This document shows, piece after piece, positions 37,815-38,172 of a DNA stretch of 38,172 nucleotides (position 1 is its first letter; each line of letters begins with the position of its first letter). The stretch is from IMG/VR virus record IMGVR_UViG_3300005077_000048, positions 1-38,172 of that record; one strand, given 5' to 3'. The notes beneath the pieces were generated by a model, which saw nothing but the letters and a program-made list of their open reading frames with translations, made no database searches and was not told where the DNA came from. The stretch comes from a virus. Both the position numbers and the translations under genes were made by a program.

Positions 37815-38172
37815 TTAGTTCATTGCTACGGTGAACATGAAGTCGTTGTTTTCGAGTACGTCCGACAGGTTCGCCACGCGGACCGTGAAGCTGTTGGAGC
37901 TTCTCGACGATACGGTGATGTTCTTCACCGTCGAAGCTCTTGCCGTGCACGTCACGGAGTATGCGGTCGTTCCGAGGAAATGGTCCACGGTATAGACTCC
38001 CGTTGAGTCATTGCTCACGGACCAGCCGCTTGGGAATGGCGTTCCTTCGCCTCCACCGGATGTCACGTATCCTGCGTATACGGTTCCCACATCCACCCAG
38101 TCGAGCACGCCCGATCCTATGGTGCCGAGCACCTGCCCGCTTGATCCTTGCGAATCTGGCATGGTAAGGGAG
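37815..38172 (-). CDS. Tail fibre protein, C-terminal part of the junction-spanning gene (38074-38172 duplicates 1-99)
   Basis: Same frame as 1..1085 across the circular junction. The track ORF 37815..38162 starts at an internal Met. Confidence 0.8.
   Translation of the reverse strand, partial: SLTMPDSQGSSGQVLGTIGSGVLDWVDVGTVYAGYVTSGGGEGTPFPSGWSVSNDSTGVYTVDHFLGTTAYSVTCTARASTVKNITVSSRSSNSFTVRVANLSDVLENNDFMFTVAMN
38074..38172. repeat. Terminal overlap copy 2 (identical to 1-99)
   Basis: Same 99 bases as the window start. Confidence 0.95.

Larger units (their letters stand above)
1..38172 (-). mobile_element. Complete circularly closed tailed-phage genome (podovirus-like, unique length 38,073 bp), all genes on minus strand
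   Basis: Exact 99-bp end overlap. One copy each of terminase, portal, scaffold, capsid, fibre, holin/endolysin and replication genes. No host-like flanks and no integrase. Confidence 0.85.

Noticed and set aside
38074-38172. The 99-bp end repeat as a genuine direct terminal repeat or LTR of a mobile element.
   Set aside because: The repeat is internal to a continuous tail-fibre reading frame, and its length is typical of an assembler k-mer overlap. I interpret it as circular closure. Read-level data are needed to be certain.

Overview
The window is a complete, circularly closed dsDNA tailed-phage genome. Its unique length is 38,073 bp, because bases 1-99 repeat exactly at 38074-38172. All of the roughly 58 credible genes lie on the minus strand. 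The plus-strand ORFs and the Arg-rich alternate-frame ORFs in the track look like shadows of these genes.

Transcription appears to start in a ~390-bp non-coding control region (29995-30384). This region holds a sigma70-like promoter, an AT-rich repeat block, four ~22-bp iterons and an intrinsic terminator. From there it runs leftwards in this order:
- an early/replication block: SSB, SNF2 helicase, YqaJ exonuclease, wHTH initiator-like protein, ParB-methylase fusion, DnaQ-like exonuclease, HExxH protein, C5 methylase and N6/N4 methylase;
- a tRNA-shaped gene;
- a terminator-promoter switch;
- terminase small and large subunits, portal, scaffold, major capsid and tail proteins;
- a tail-fibre gene that crosses the contig junction;
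- a LysM protein, a 1202-aa polyvalent virion protein and a lysis cassette.

I found no integrase, DNA or RNA polymerase, tail tube/sheath set, CRISPR array or reverse transcriptase. The element looks like a lytic, podovirus-like phage.

The items most worth follow-up:
1. A tRNA-shaped gene whose anticodon arm is a 29-nt rod with no usable anticodon loop.
2. A diphtheria-toxin-like H-Y-Y-E ADP-ribosyltransferase signature inside the 1202-aa virion protein.
3. A shared TGTGCTAMC site that links the iteron/AT-rich origin-like region to the promoter of the initiator-like gene.
4. A papain (C1)-type endolysin.
5. A three-methyltransferase island.
6. A gene with no in-frame stop that overprints its neighbour (frameshift, overprinting or homopolymer error).
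7. An unusual CAT-ATG, Shine-Dalgarno-poor start context with promoters abutting start codons.

All functional calls rest on motif recognition by eye. No database search was possible.
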